Shown here: positions 9,176 through 18,388 of the stretch, one piece after another
Layout: every line of letters starts with the position of its first letter
How positions within the stretch are numbered: position 1 is the stretch's first letter
Sequence record: SRR31156797_3911
DNA length: 44,281 nt
Direction: 5' to 3' (one strand)
Program-made: the position numbers and the translations under genes
Notes under the pieces: generated by a model
What the model was told of the DNA's origin: nothing
Databases searched by the model: none
What the model saw: only the letters and a program-made list of their open reading frames with translations

Positions 9176-9860
9176 AAGAATGGAAGTTGTCACCATTGAT
9201 GGCCCAGCCGGCGGCGGTAAATCAACGGTTTCCAGAAAATTGGCAAAAAAACTGGGTTTCACCTATCTGGATACTGGCGCTATGTACAGAGCTGCTGCCT
9301 TTGCCTGCAGGGAGCAAAAAGTCGATCCTAAAGATTACAAAAGGTTAAAGAACCTGTTGACTCAGTTGATCATAGAGTTGTTTCCCGCCGAAAATGGTGC
9401 CAGTGATGTGCAGGTAGTAGTAAATGGAAATGAGGTAGGAGAGCAGATTCGAACTCCGGAGATGGGAATGCTCGCCTCCACAGTTTCAGCCATTCCTGCG
9501 GTTAGGGACCACCTGACCCTGCAGCAGCAGATGATGGGAAGAACGGGAAAGATCGTTGCCGAAGGAAGAGACACCGGGACCGTTGTTTTTCCAAATGCAG
9601 CTTGGAAATTTTTTCTGGATGCAAAGCCGGAAATCAGGATGGTGAGAAGGGCGGATCAACTTCGCAGTCAGGGAGCGGAAGTGGATGAACAGCAACTGCT
9701 GGCCCAGATTATAAAAAGGGACAAGGACGACAGTGAGCGCACTGTGGCGCCTTTAAAAAAGGCAACCGATGCCATATATATTGATTCTTCAGATAAGGGC
9801 GCTGAAGAGGTCATATCTCTCATGTATGACCATATTTTAAGCTCTGGCCCCACACTATAA
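9168..9860 (+). CDS. cmk: Cytidylate kinase
   Basis: IDGPAGGGKST, YLDTGAMYRA, EGRDTGTVVFP. Confidence 0.96.
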   Translation: MSERMEVVTIDGPAGGGKSTVSRKLAKKLGFTYLDTGAMYRAAAFACREQKVDPKDYKRLKNLLTQLIIELFPAENGASDVQVVVNGNEVGEQIRTPEMGMLASTVSAIPAVRDHLTLQQQMMGRTGKIVAEGRDTGTVVFPNAAWKFFLDAKPEIRMVRRADQLRSQGAEVDEQQLLAQIIKRDKDDSERTVAPLKKATDAIYIDSSDKGAEEVISLMYDHILSSGPTL

Positions 9861-9993
9861 GACTGTAAGAGCATTTTTAACCCCACGCTTTCATCCGTTA
9901 TAAAAGCGACTTTCACCGATTTTTCACCAGATGTAAAGCTGGGGTAATGTATGTCCTGCCTAAGTTTAAATTTTTCTTTCATCAGGAGAAAAT

Positions 9994-10260
9994 ATGTCAG
10001 ATTTCTATGAAGCTCTCTTCATTGGTGCAGTTATTGGCACGGTTTCTTTCATTTTTCCCTGGTTGTATAAAAAGCACCGGTTCAACCGGGATTCAGCAAA
10101 AATAATCACTTTTATTCGAGATTCGAAATATACCTTCAGAAGTACCCAGGCCATAGTTGAAAAGACCAACCTGAGCCAAGGGAAGGTGGAAGAAATATGC
10201 CATAGAAACAAGCAGATCATTCAGAATAAGAAGAATCCGCATACTTGGCGCATTCTGTAA
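9994..10260 (+). CDS. Small hypothetical protein with an N-terminal TM helix
   Basis: AGGAG RBS; hydrophobic N-terminus followed by a basic soluble domain. Confidence 0.6.
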   Translation: MSDFYEALFIGAVIGTVSFIFPWLYKKHRFNRDSAKIITFIRDSKYTFRSTQAIVEKTNLSQGKVEEICHRNKQIIQNKKNPHTWRIL

Positions 10261-10305
10261 GAAAAGCAATATGTGGTGTTGCTTGAGAAGTTAAAGTGAA
10301 TCTGA

Positions 10306-10339
10306 TTATCCCGGATGATAGATGCATCATCCGGGATAA
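10306..10339. terminator. Perfect 14-bp inverted repeat between convergent genes (terminator; resembles the MITE end)
   Basis: TTATCCCGGATGAT-agatgc-ATCATCCGGGATAA. Confidence 0.7.
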
Positions 10340-10346
10340 AAAACAT

Positions 10347-11567
10347 TTATATGACCGACTCCACGTCCTTACCGGCCATGTGATCTGCCATACTTCTGGC
10401 AACGGTGCGACCTAGTTCGACGCACTCATCCAGATCTTTTTCCTGAGGCACATACTGAACCTTGACCCCTTTGTGGCACATGGTGAACTTCATCTCTTTA
10501 AGGGATTCATTCATCAATTTAACCGATTCACCAGACCAACCGTAAGATCCAAAACTTGCACCAATTTTGTTTGTGGGTCTAAGACCTCTCATGTACATGA
10601 GAAAACCTGCCATTCTTGGCAGCATGCCGTTGTTTAGGGTAGGGCAGCCGAGTACCACTGCACTGGACTCTAAGACATCAGTCATAACATCACTACGATG
10701 GTTGACTTGGAGATCTATCAGTTTGTAACTGATACCTTCTTCCTGTAACCCTTCTGCAACTTTTTCAGCCATTAAACGAGTTGACGTCCACATCGTATCG
10801 TAAACGATAACAGCCTTGCCATTACCTTCATTGTTGCACCAATGGGTGTATGCCTCAATGATTTTACCAGGATTGTCGCGCCAGACAACACCATGGTCAG
10901 GAGCGAGCATTTTGATGGGTAAATCCATCTCTTGCACTTTAGCCAGCAATTTCTTTATCAGTGGTGAATAGAGGGTGAGGATATTGGCATAATACTTGGT
11001 TGCCTCGTGCATCAGGATGTCCTGATTAACCTCATCGTCAAATCGTTCACTGGTTGCCAGGTGTTCACCAAAGGCATCACTGGTAAAAAGAATCTGGTCT
11101 TCCTTAACATAGGTGAACATGGAATCTGGCCAGTGAAGCATGCGGGTTTCAAGAAAACGAAGAGTTCTTTCGCCCAGGCTTATCTCTTCGTCTGATGAAA
11201 TGATGTGATAGGGCCAGTCTTCCCGGTGATAGTGCTGTACCAGGGCCTTTTGGCCCATTTTTGAGCAAATGATTTTTTCTGGATTGATAGCTTCAACTAC
11301 CTCGGGAATAGAGCCGGAATGATCCATTTCCACATGGTTGACGACCAGATAATCAATTTTTTTCGGATCAATGATGGAACTGATATGGTACATGAGATCC
11401 TTGTAATAAGGCCTTTTGACCGTATCTATCAGGGTTACTTTTTCATCAATGATCAGGAAGGCATTATAGGTCGTACCACGGTTGGTTGAATATCCATGGA
11501 AATCACGGGTTAACCAGTCAATGGCACCTACCCAGTATATATTTTCAGCGAGTTGCACAGTTTTCAT
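10347..11567 (-). CDS. fprA: Flavodiiron protein (FprA / rubredoxin:oxygen oxidoreductase)
   Basis: NHVEMDHSG, HWPDSM, SDAFG, PDHG metallo-beta-lactamase motifs plus C-terminal flavodoxin (FGSYGWSGE). Confidence 0.93.
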   Translation of the reverse strand: MKTVQLAENIYWVGAIDWLTRDFHGYSTNRGTTYNAFLIIDEKVTLIDTVKRPYYKDLMYHISSIIDPKKIDYLVVNHVEMDHSGSIPEVVEAINPEKIICSKMGQKALVQHYHREDWPYHIISSDEEISLGERTLRFLETRMLHWPDSMFTYVKEDQILFTSDAFGEHLATSERFDDEVNQDILMHEATKYYANILTLYSPLIKKLLAKVQEMDLPIKMLAPDHGVVWRDNPGKIIEAYTHWCNNEGNGKAVIVYDTMWTSTRLMAEKVAEGLQEEGISYKLIDLQVNHRSDVMTDVLESSAVVLGCPTLNNGMLPRMAGFLMYMRGLRPTNKIGASFGSYGWSGESVKLMNESLKEMKFTMCHKGVKVQYVPQEKDLDECVELGRTVARSMADHMAGKDVESVI

Positions 11568-11599
11568 ATTAATTATCCTCCAGGGAGATATAAAATTCT

Positions 11600-11947
11600 T
11601 TAAAAAGTTATAACGTTATAGCCCTTTGAAATATAATCAGCCATCGACGGATGACCTGACATTTCACCTATCAAGGCTATCTTTTCCGTTTCAATAGCCT
11701 GCACAGCACCGAGCTTATGGGAGCATGCTTTGCAGGCACCAACAATCAAATTGCGATCTTTTACTTTTGTATAGAGCTGGTTGAGGAAATGGTCTGGTTT
11801 AGCCATTTCGTTGACCAGAGTAACTGCTTCTCCTTCAAGCACTATATTACCGCCCATCCCTTTTTCGTCCATATCCAGACTGTTGAGCAGTACATGGATG
11901 AAACATAATGGATCACCGCGGAAAGCAAAGAATACTGTTTTATTCAT
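11600..11947 (-). CDS. DsrE-like cytoplasmic protein with CxxC
   Basis: 'LEGEAV', 'ACKACS', 'GHPSM...GYNVITF' typical of DsrE-like small proteins. Confidence 0.75.
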   Translation of the reverse strand: MNKTVFFAFRGDPLCFIHVLLNSLDMDEKGMGGNIVLEGEAVTLVNEMAKPDHFLNQLYTKVKDRNLIVGACKACSHKLGAVQAIETEKIALIGEMSGHPSMADYISKGYNVITF

Positions 11948-12128
11948 GGGTTTTCTCCTTTAGTGGTAATCTCTCCACTATTGGAAGTTGAATTATTTAT
12001 TGATGCCTCTGTTGAGGAGAAATAAGGAGGTAAAGGATCCTTGACCTGAGCGGGCAACCCCTAGTTGAGAGGAGATCGGCTACACTTGGAAAGTGGTGCG
12101 CAATGCATTAATTCAACTTCCAATAACG

Positions 12129-12165
12129 AAAAAACCTCCGGTAACCTTAGTTAACCGGAGGTTTT
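12129..12165 (-). terminator. Intrinsic terminator / stabilising hairpin after rubredoxin
   Basis: AAAAAACCTCCGGT...ACCGGAGGTTTT. Confidence 0.8.
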
Positions 12166-12168
12166 CAA

Positions 12169-12327
12169 TCACGCTTCTTCGAACTGGTCTTTACCCGCAC
12201 CACATATGGGGCAGGTCCAGTCATCTGGGATATCCTCAAAAGCAGTTCCTGCTGCTACTCCGTTATCGGGGTCACCAGCTGAAGGATCATATTCATAATC
12301 ACAGATAACACATACGTATTTTTTCAT
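12169..12327 (-). CDS. Rubredoxin (52 aa; absent from the ORF track)
   Basis: Manual translation [52 protein letters not shown] with two CxxC knuckles. Confidence 0.97.
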   Translation of the reverse strand: MKKYVCVICDYEYDPSAGDPDNGVAAGTAFEDIPDDWTCPICGAGKDQFEEA

Positions 12328-12355
12328 TGTTTACACCATTTAATATTTGAGCCCT

Positions 12356-12594
12356 TTAGGACTGATTGTTCATCGTTCAGGCGGCATCATATTCAAAGTT
12401 TTTAGCTGCTAAGAGGTAAGCGCAGACTCCCATAGTAGCTGCTATTCATAGCTAAAAGATTGAGGAACATTATGCCGCCTGACTGACCTTTGGTGAACAT
12501 TGTAAAAGTTTAACTGCACCTAACTTTGCATAATATATCTAAATTACAAGAAATTGAGCAAGTTTACACAATGTTCATGAGAAATCCGGGTTAG
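12356..12594. mobile_element. MITE-like element, copy A
   Basis: TTAG at both ends; right end TGAGAAATCCGGGTTAG; two internal hairpins; sequence similarity to 40688-40915. Confidence 0.6.
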
Positions 12595-12965
12595 GCTTTC
12601 CATAGACCGTGGAGGTTACAGAATTCTCTAGCTGTCACTTCCGATGCCTCTATACAAAAGAATGCTTCCGGAGTCTCGCCTGGATTCAGGTTCTGACGAT
12701 AGACTTTTCCGTCAGCGATGAGCTCTATAAATTCAATATAGTGTTTTTCTTCCATAGGATGAGGTACGGAACCCACAGTTACTTTGTAGCCATTTGCAAC
12801 TTTTTCAATAACAGGAACATGCTTTTCCTGGGCAGCATCTACGCTGTTTTCAGCCAGTAAATCCATTCCTTGTCCGCAGCAAACTAACTCCCCTGCACCG
12901 ACATGGAGTACTTCAACGATGTTACCGCACAGAGCACATTTGTATACTTCGTTTTTCTTGGTCAC
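12591..12965 (-). CDS. dfx: Desulfoferrodoxin (2Fe superoxide reductase)
   Basis: YKCALCGN...LVCCG desulforedoxin domain; EKHVP, PHPM, H-YIE, CNLHGLW. Confidence 0.96.
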   Translation of the reverse strand: MTKKNEVYKCALCGNIVEVLHVGAGELVCCGQGMDLLAENSVDAAQEKHVPVIEKVANGYKVTVGSVPHPMEEKHYIEFIELIADGKVYRQNLNPGETPEAFFCIEASEVTAREFCNLHGLWKA

Positions 12966-13192
12966 GAGTTACCCTCCTTAGAAAAATCTAAATGTTCATT
13001 TGGTATATCTCAAATGGAGAAACCAAAAACATACTAAACTATCTTTTTCATTGCATCAAAGAGTATTTTTATCCTCTTTAGAGGATAAAAATTTGATGCA
13101 TGGTTCCAGTTAGCTGTTTACCAACGGAAAACAGCTATTAACTTTCATGTATAATAGTACTGTCACTCTCCCTTTACTCTTTTTGACAGAGA

Positions 13193-13834
13193 CTAAATAA
13201 GAGCTTCCTTTCCTTCCGGTGTAATTTCGTATTTACATCGCACAGGACTTGCCACATACCCTTTCTTTTTCAGTGCTGTTACCTGGCAGCTTATTTGTTT
13301 AGGTTCAAGACTGGTTGCACCTGCAATATCTTTACTGCCGCATGGCTCGGTACTGTTTGCCAAGGCCTCAAGTACTTCCCTTTGTTTGTCGCTGAGTTGC
13401 TTGGGGTTACAAGCCATATTCTTAACTCCTTGCTGTTTTTTCGTATTTGCATGTTTGCATTTTGGGCATAGTCCATAAAATTCTACCCTACACCCTGATA
13501 TATCGTATCCTTTGCTTTGCACAGAGTGGAGAGGACCCAGTTTTTTTTTCTCCAGTTCAATATTATCGACTCTGTGGCATTGCACACAGTAAATATGGTT
13601 ATGTTCTGCCAACTCCCAGTCAAAACGTTTTTGCCGTCCACTAATCTCCAGTTTGCGTATCATTCCGGCTATGGAGAGTATTTCCAGATTTCTATAGACA
13701 GTTGCCAGGCTGATACGAGGCAGCTTTTTTTTCACCTTTTCATAGAGCTCGTCTGCTGTGGGATGGGATTTCGTTTTTTTAAGTTCAGCAAGTATAATCT
13801 CTCGCTGATGGGTCATGCGCAGTTTTTGTTCCAT
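13193..13834 (-). CDS. fur: Fur-family regulator fused to a C-terminal winged-helix domain
   Basis: HPTADELY, ISLATVYRNL, HNHIYCVQC, CPKC, then about 74 extra aa; start placed at MEQKLRMT (13834) after GGGAG. Confidence 0.85.
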   Translation of the reverse strand: MEQKLRMTHQREIILAELKKTKSHPTADELYEKVKKKLPRISLATVYRNLEILSIAGMIRKLEISGRQKRFDWELAEHNHIYCVQCHRVDNIELEKKKLGPLHSVQSKGYDISGCRVEFYGLCPKCKHANTKKQQGVKNMACNPKQLSDKQREVLEALANSTEPCGSKDIAGATSLEPKQISCQVTALKKKGYVASPVRCKYEITPEGKEALI

Positions 13835-13874
13835 AAATGAGAGTCGCTCCCAGTTGATATTTGAAAGCATTTGT

Positions 13875-13895
13875 ACTTGATAATCATTATCAAGT
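13875..13895. promoter_or_regulatory. Fur box
   Basis: Perfect palindrome ACTTGATAAT-C-ATTATCAAGT containing the 7-1-7 TGATAATnATTATCA motif, directly upstream of the fur gene. Confidence 0.85.
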
Positions 13896-14267
13896 CAACA
13901 AAAAAATAGACTCCTGCAAGGTACCTGCAGTTTATAAATGCGGCGTTTTAAAAAAGATACGATTAAAAAATAAAGAATGGTTTAATAAAATAGTTTTCGA
14001 TCTAGACAAGGCAGCCTCGACCTAAAGGCGTTGGGATAATTTTACCACGGATAAATATCTGATAGAGATGCACACAAGCATCTGGATACCTGTCGCAATA
14101 CTTTGTTTTCCTGCCGGTCGTGCGTGGAGGTATGCGCAAACACGGTGCGGTGCCAGAAGAGGTAGGAAAAAAATATTTCAAGGTGGCCGCCCAATGGTCC
14201 GCAGCTGCGAAATGTGCCGCAAAACTCAAGTTTTTGAAACGAACGAGGATAAAAAAATGGAGGAAGG

Positions 14268-14300
14268 CCGGCCAGTGAAGATTTGAAACTCCACTGGCCG
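14268..14300 (-). terminator. Hairpin downstream of pal (probable terminator)
   Basis: CCGGCCAGTG...CACTGGCCGG. Confidence 0.6.
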
Positions 14301-14323
14301 GGAAATGAGATGTTTTCTAGTGC

Positions 14324-14944
14324 CTATTCGATAATGAAATCATCACGTCTGTTTTGAATATAGTCAGATTCTGTTTGACCGGTAAACAGAGGGCGCTCTT
14401 CACCAAAGCTTACCGTTCTGATGCGATAATCCTCAACCCCAAGTTCAATAAGGTAATTTTTTGCAACTTGCGCCCGCCGCTCACCAAGGGCAAGGTTGTA
14501 TTCGTTGGTACCTCTTTCATCGCTGTTACCTTCGATGACTACATTACTTGCCGGGTTGCTTTTCAGGTAACCGGCGTTATGCTCCATCCTTGATATTTGG
14601 TCATCGCGGATAATTGATTGGTCAAAATTAAAATAGACAGGCTGCATCTGGACAGAAGAGCGGCCATAGGTTTGCTTGTATTCGTCGCTATTTTGATCAT
14701 TATTAATGGAAAAACTACCTATGGTTTCTCCATTGGCGCCTGTTGAATCAAGAGCTTCTTCACCGGGACTGATTTCCTCGGTAATGGTTCCCTGAGATCC
14801 TGAGTAATCAATGGATTTACCTTCCGGCATGTTGGTTTGGGGTGGGGTGGAGTAGGGGCTGATGTTTTTGTCGCTGCACCCTCCTGCAAAGAGCAGGATT
14901 CCTGTTACTGCACAGGTCATGACCAACCGTGTCGAAGCGTTCAT
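14324..14944 (-). CDS. pal: Peptidoglycan-associated lipoprotein Pal (OmpA-like domain)
   Basis: Lipobox FAGGC; YFNFDQS, IEGNSDERGTNEYNLALGERRA, VSFGEERP, NRR. Confidence 0.9.
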   Translation of the reverse strand: MNASTRLVMTCAVTGILLFAGGCSDKNISPYSTPPQTNMPEGKSIDYSGSQGTITEEISPGEEALDSTGANGETIGSFSINNDQNSDEYKQTYGRSSVQMQPVYFNFDQSIIRDDQISRMEHNAGYLKSNPASNVVIEGNSDERGTNEYNLALGERRAQVAKNYLIELGVEDYRIRTVSFGEERPLFTGQTESDYIQNRRDDFIIE

Positions 14945-15423
14945 AGAATTTCCTCTTTATTGTAGGCATTTATCAAGAAAGTAACACTATTTGTATACCG
15001 GTTTCCCGTCTATGCCGTCAAGAGAAACCTCTTATTTGCTACAGAGGTATTTGGGATCGATTGTTCGCGATAATCTTTTACGGGTAGAGCTTTTTTCCCC
15101 TTTAACCATATCTCCCATTAACATTGCGTCAAGTTGTTCAAAGACACCCATTTTTAAAGTTGTATAAAGTTAAATAGATTGACAACCTTTACAAAATATC
15201 AATTTATCCTGGAGTATTTTTTCAGTATTGCGCATTTATATTCAGCCCATTGGAAGCTACGACGGGCCGTAACCTATGCTTACCTACTCATAGGCCAAAG
15301 CTGTTAAAGGTGACGGTGTCAATACTGATGAGATTTCAAGAGTAACCTTTTTATTTGCCTGCTGCTCACTTGAATGGTACATGAAAAGAGATTTCACTCA
15401 CTATTTAGCCAAAGGAGATAACT

Positions 15424-16158
15424 ATGTTGAAAAGAGTACTATTTACCCTGGTATGCCTGGCAGTATTGTGTAACTCGGCGTGGGCACAAAAGACTATCGT
15501 TTTTGCGACCGATGCTACTTGGCCTCCGATGGAATTCGTTAATGATAAAAAAGAAGTAGTTGGGTACGCCATTGATTTCATGACAGCGGCAGCGAAAGAA
15601 GCCGGATTTACAGCAGTCTTTAAGAATACTGCCTGGGATGGCATTTTTGCAGGGCTTGCTTCAAACAGATACGATGCCATTGTCTCGTCAGTTACCATTA
15701 CCGATGACCGTAAAAAGGCAATGGACTTTACCGAATCCTATTTCAGTGTCCGCCAGGCCTTGATAGTCAATAAAAAATCAGATGCACAAAGCCTGGCCGA
15801 CCTGAAAGGAAAGAAAGTAGGGGCCCAGATAGGAACAACCGGCTATTTTGCGATCAAGGCTGTTGAAGGGGTTGAGGCAAAATCCTATGATGAGATCGGC
15901 TTGGCAATGGAAGACCTGAATGTGGGCCGGATCGTAGCCGTTGTTTGCGATGATCCTGTAGCCGCCAACTATGCTCTTACCCGATATAAAGATACGCTGA
16001 AAATTGCTGCAGTTATGGAAGGGGCTGAGGTCGAGAATTACGGAGTAGCTGTTAAAAAGGGGAATAAGGAGCTTGTAGAGCTGATAAATAAAGGTATCAA
16101 AGGTGTTAAGGCAAAGGGTATAGATCTTGAGCTGAAGAAAAAGTGGATCGGTCAGTAA
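15424..16158 (+). CDS. Polar/basic amino-acid ABC transporter substrate-binding protein
   Basis: Signal peptide; DATWPPMEF, WDGIFAGL, VTITDDRKK, GAQIGTTG. Confidence 0.92.
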   Translation: MLKRVLFTLVCLAVLCNSAWAQKTIVFATDATWPPMEFVNDKKEVVGYAIDFMTAAAKEAGFTAVFKNTAWDGIFAGLASNRYDAIVSSVTITDDRKKAMDFTESYFSVRQALIVNKKSDAQSLADLKGKKVGAQIGTTGYFAIKAVEGVEAKSYDEIGLAMEDLNVGRIVAVVCDDPVAANYALTRYKDTLKIAAVMEGAEVENYGVAVKKGNKELVELINKGIKGVKAKGIDLELKKKWIGQ

Positions 16159-16174
16159 TTCCTGTTGAATGAGT

Positions 16175-16201
16175 AGCCGGGCTGCCCAGCCCGGCTTTTT
16201 T
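16175..16201 (+). terminator. Intra-operon hairpin with U-tract
   Basis: AGCCGGGCTG-CC-CAGCCCGGCT followed by TTTTT. Confidence 0.75.
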
Positions 16202-16309
16202 ATTTTGATGGCATCACTCAAACTTTTAATATGCAGGTAGCGCTTGTAAGATTGAGCCGTCTTTTTGATGATGGGCTGTGTTTTTGACCATCGTACTTAT
16301 GTGAAAAAT

Positions 16310-17098
16310 ATGTCAGATCAGGAAATAACCAAGATTGAAGTAGGGGATGGAGCAGCTATTCCTAATCCGGAAGACAAGGGTCTTGTTTCTGCATGGTGGA
16401 TTGCCCTTGTAGGCACGGTGTCGTTGTTAATTATTCTACCAATGGTGAAGCCGGATCCCTATTTGAGGATTCTGAAATTTGTTCCGGATGGAATTCTCGT
16501 CACCTTTAAGGTGACGATTTTTTCAATTTTACTAGCCATTGTTATCGGATTGTTGACCGGTCTGGGAAGGATTTCTAAAAACCCCATTATTAATATGATT
16601 GCCTCCCTCTATGTTGAGGTTGTGCGCGGCATACCCCTTTTGGTACAACTTTTTTATATCTATTTTGCTTTGGGGCGTATAATCCAGGTTCCCGATATTG
16701 TTGCCGCGATTGTGGCTATGGCTTTCTGTTATGGTGCCTATATGGGTGAAGTTTTTCGCGCAGGGATTAAATCCATTGATTTCGGCCAGACAGAAGCCTC
16801 TCTTTCCCTGGGATTTAACCATCGCCAGACTATGGCCTATGTTATCTTGCCTCAGGCGTGGAGAACCATCTTGCCCCCTGTCGGAAATGAGTTTATCGCC
16901 CTTTTAAAAGATACATCATTGGTCTCCATTCTTGCTGTTTCAGATATTTTGCGTCGTGGTCGTGAATTTGCCGCAGAAAGTTTCAATTATTTTGAAACCT
17001 ATACAATGATTGCGCTTATCTACCTGTTGATCACCCTGCTTCTTTCCAAACTCATCAGTATTATGGAGCATCGATTAAGCCATTATGAACGCCGTTGA
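16310..17098 (+). CDS. Amino-acid ABC transporter permease (HisM/GlnP type)
   Basis: [37 protein letters not shown]; start probably ATG 16310. Confidence 0.92.
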   Translation: MSDQEITKIEVGDGAAIPNPEDKGLVSAWWIALVGTVSLLIILPMVKPDPYLRILKFVPDGILVTFKVTIFSILLAIVIGLLTGLGRISKNPIINMIASLYVEVVRGIPLLVQLFYIYFALGRIIQVPDIVAAIVAMAFCYGAYMGEVFRAGIKSIDFGQTEASLSLGFNHRQTMAYVILPQAWRTILPPVGNEFIALLKDTSLVSILAVSDILRRGREFAAESFNYFETYTMIALIYLLITLLLSKLISIMEHRLSHYERR

Positions 17099-17825
17099 CC
17101 CCATTATTAAGATCGAAAATGTCAATAAGTACTTTGGTACTTTTAAGGCACTCGACGATGTCAGTCTGAATGTAAATACCGGTGAGAAGGTTGTGGTGCT
17201 AGGTCCTTCAGGGTCTGGAAAGTCGACCTTGCTTCGCTCGATCAACCGCCTAGAAACCATCAACTCTGGAACGATTTCCATAGATGGTCGTGATATTAAT
17301 AGCCCAAAAGAAGATATTAATCGGGTTAGGATGGAACTGGGCATGGTCTTTCAGAGTTTCAACCTGTTTCGGCACAAGACTGTGCTCGAAAATCTGACTC
17401 TGGCACCGATAAAGCTCAAAAAAATGCCGAAAAAAGAGGCGGAAAAACTGGCTATGAGCCTTTTGGAAAAAGTTGATATTCCAGAACGGGCAAACCATTA
17501 TCCTATCCAACTCTCAGGCGGGCAGCAGCAGAGGGTCGCCATTGCCCGAGCGCTGGCCATGGAACCAAAAATTATGCTTTTTGATGAGCCAACCTCAGCT
17601 TTGGATCCGGAGATGATTAATGAGGTCTTGGATGTTATGACTGCTCTGGCCCGTGAAGGGATGACCATGGTTGTGGTGACGCATGAGATGGGATTTGCCC
17701 GTGAGGTGGCAGACCATGTTGTGTTCATGGACCAAGGTGCTGTGGTTGAAAAATCCACCCCAGATGTTTTTTTCAACCAGCCTCAGCACCAGCGTAGCAA
17801 AATGTTTCTTGAGCAGATACTGTAG
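17085..17825 (+). CDS. Amino-acid ABC transporter ATP-binding protein (GlnQ-like)
   Basis: [35 protein letters not shown]. Confidence 0.95.
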   Translation: MNAVDPIIKIENVNKYFGTFKALDDVSLNVNTGEKVVVLGPSGSGKSTLLRSINRLETINSGTISIDGRDINSPKEDINRVRMELGMVFQSFNLFRHKTVLENLTLAPIKLKKMPKKEAEKLAMSLLEKVDIPERANHYPIQLSGGQQQRVAIARALAMEPKIMLFDEPTSALDPEMINEVLDVMTALAREGMTMVVVTHEMGFAREVADHVVFMDQGAVVEKSTPDVFFNQPQHQRSKMFLEQIL

Positions 17826-17837
17826 GGAGAAGAGGTC

Positions 17838-18302
17838 GTGGCCAGTACTGAAAAGCAAGGTGTTACCGCCACTGAAAACTTGGTCGTGATCACCCCTTCC
17901 CTTGCCATTCCTTTGCGCGAATTTGAGTTTCGTTTCTCGCGTTCTGGCGGCCCAGGGGGACAGAACGTCAATAAGGTTAACAGCAAAGTGACCCTTTCTT
18001 TTAATGTCCCCCTTTCCCCATCTCTTAATGACAGCCAGAAGTCACTTTTGTTGTTTCGTCTGGCATCGCGCATTTCTCAGCAGGGAGTCCTGAAGCTTAC
18101 CGCCAGTGAACACCGGACACAGAAAGCAAACCGTGATGCTGTGCTCATTCGGTTTGCCAATCTTGTTAAGCAAGCATTGGTTGTCCAAAAGCCACGCAAA
18201 AAAACCAAACCTAGCCGTGGTTCCAAGGAGCGGCGCATTGCATCCAAAAAAAAACGAGCGGTCGTCAAACAACACCGACAGAAGGTCAACAGCTCCTCGT
18301 AG
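17838..18302 (+). CDS. arfB: Alternative ribosome-rescue peptidyl-tRNA hydrolase ArfB
   Basis: SRSGGPGGQNVNKV, R-TQ-NR, basic C-tail RKKTKPSRGSKERR. Confidence 0.92.
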   Translation: MASTEKQGVTATENLVVITPSLAIPLREFEFRFSRSGGPGGQNVNKVNSKVTLSFNVPLSPSLNDSQKSLLLFRLASRISQQGVLKLTASEHRTQKANRDAVLIRFANLVKQALVVQKPRKKTKPSRGSKERRIASKKKRAVVKQHRQKVNSSS

Positions 18303-18388
18303 CATCTTTAGCCAGTAACCTTGAAAATAGAGGGTGGGCGCAACGCTTCCTCTCTCATCCCGCCTTAATTATGACGGAGTAATCTTTT

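Noticed and set aside
12169-12171. Rubredoxin TGA as selenocysteine
   Set aside because: It falls at the normal rubredoxin C-terminus and is followed by a U-tailed terminator hairpin.
14002-14286. Short ORFs 14002-14229 (-) and 14068-14286 (+)
   Set aside because: No RBS or recognisable motif; they are overlapping, opposite-strand ORFs in an intergenic gap.
15203-15332. SAM-I or glnA riboswitch assignment for the ABC leader
   Set aside because: Only fragments resemble the consensus; core motifs such as GAGGGA..GGCCC and GCAACC, or the GGAAGUA E-loop, are missing.
15325-15390. CTGATGAG...GAAA as a hammerhead ribozyme core
   Set aside because: Stems I-III and the cleavage triplet cannot be assembled convincingly.
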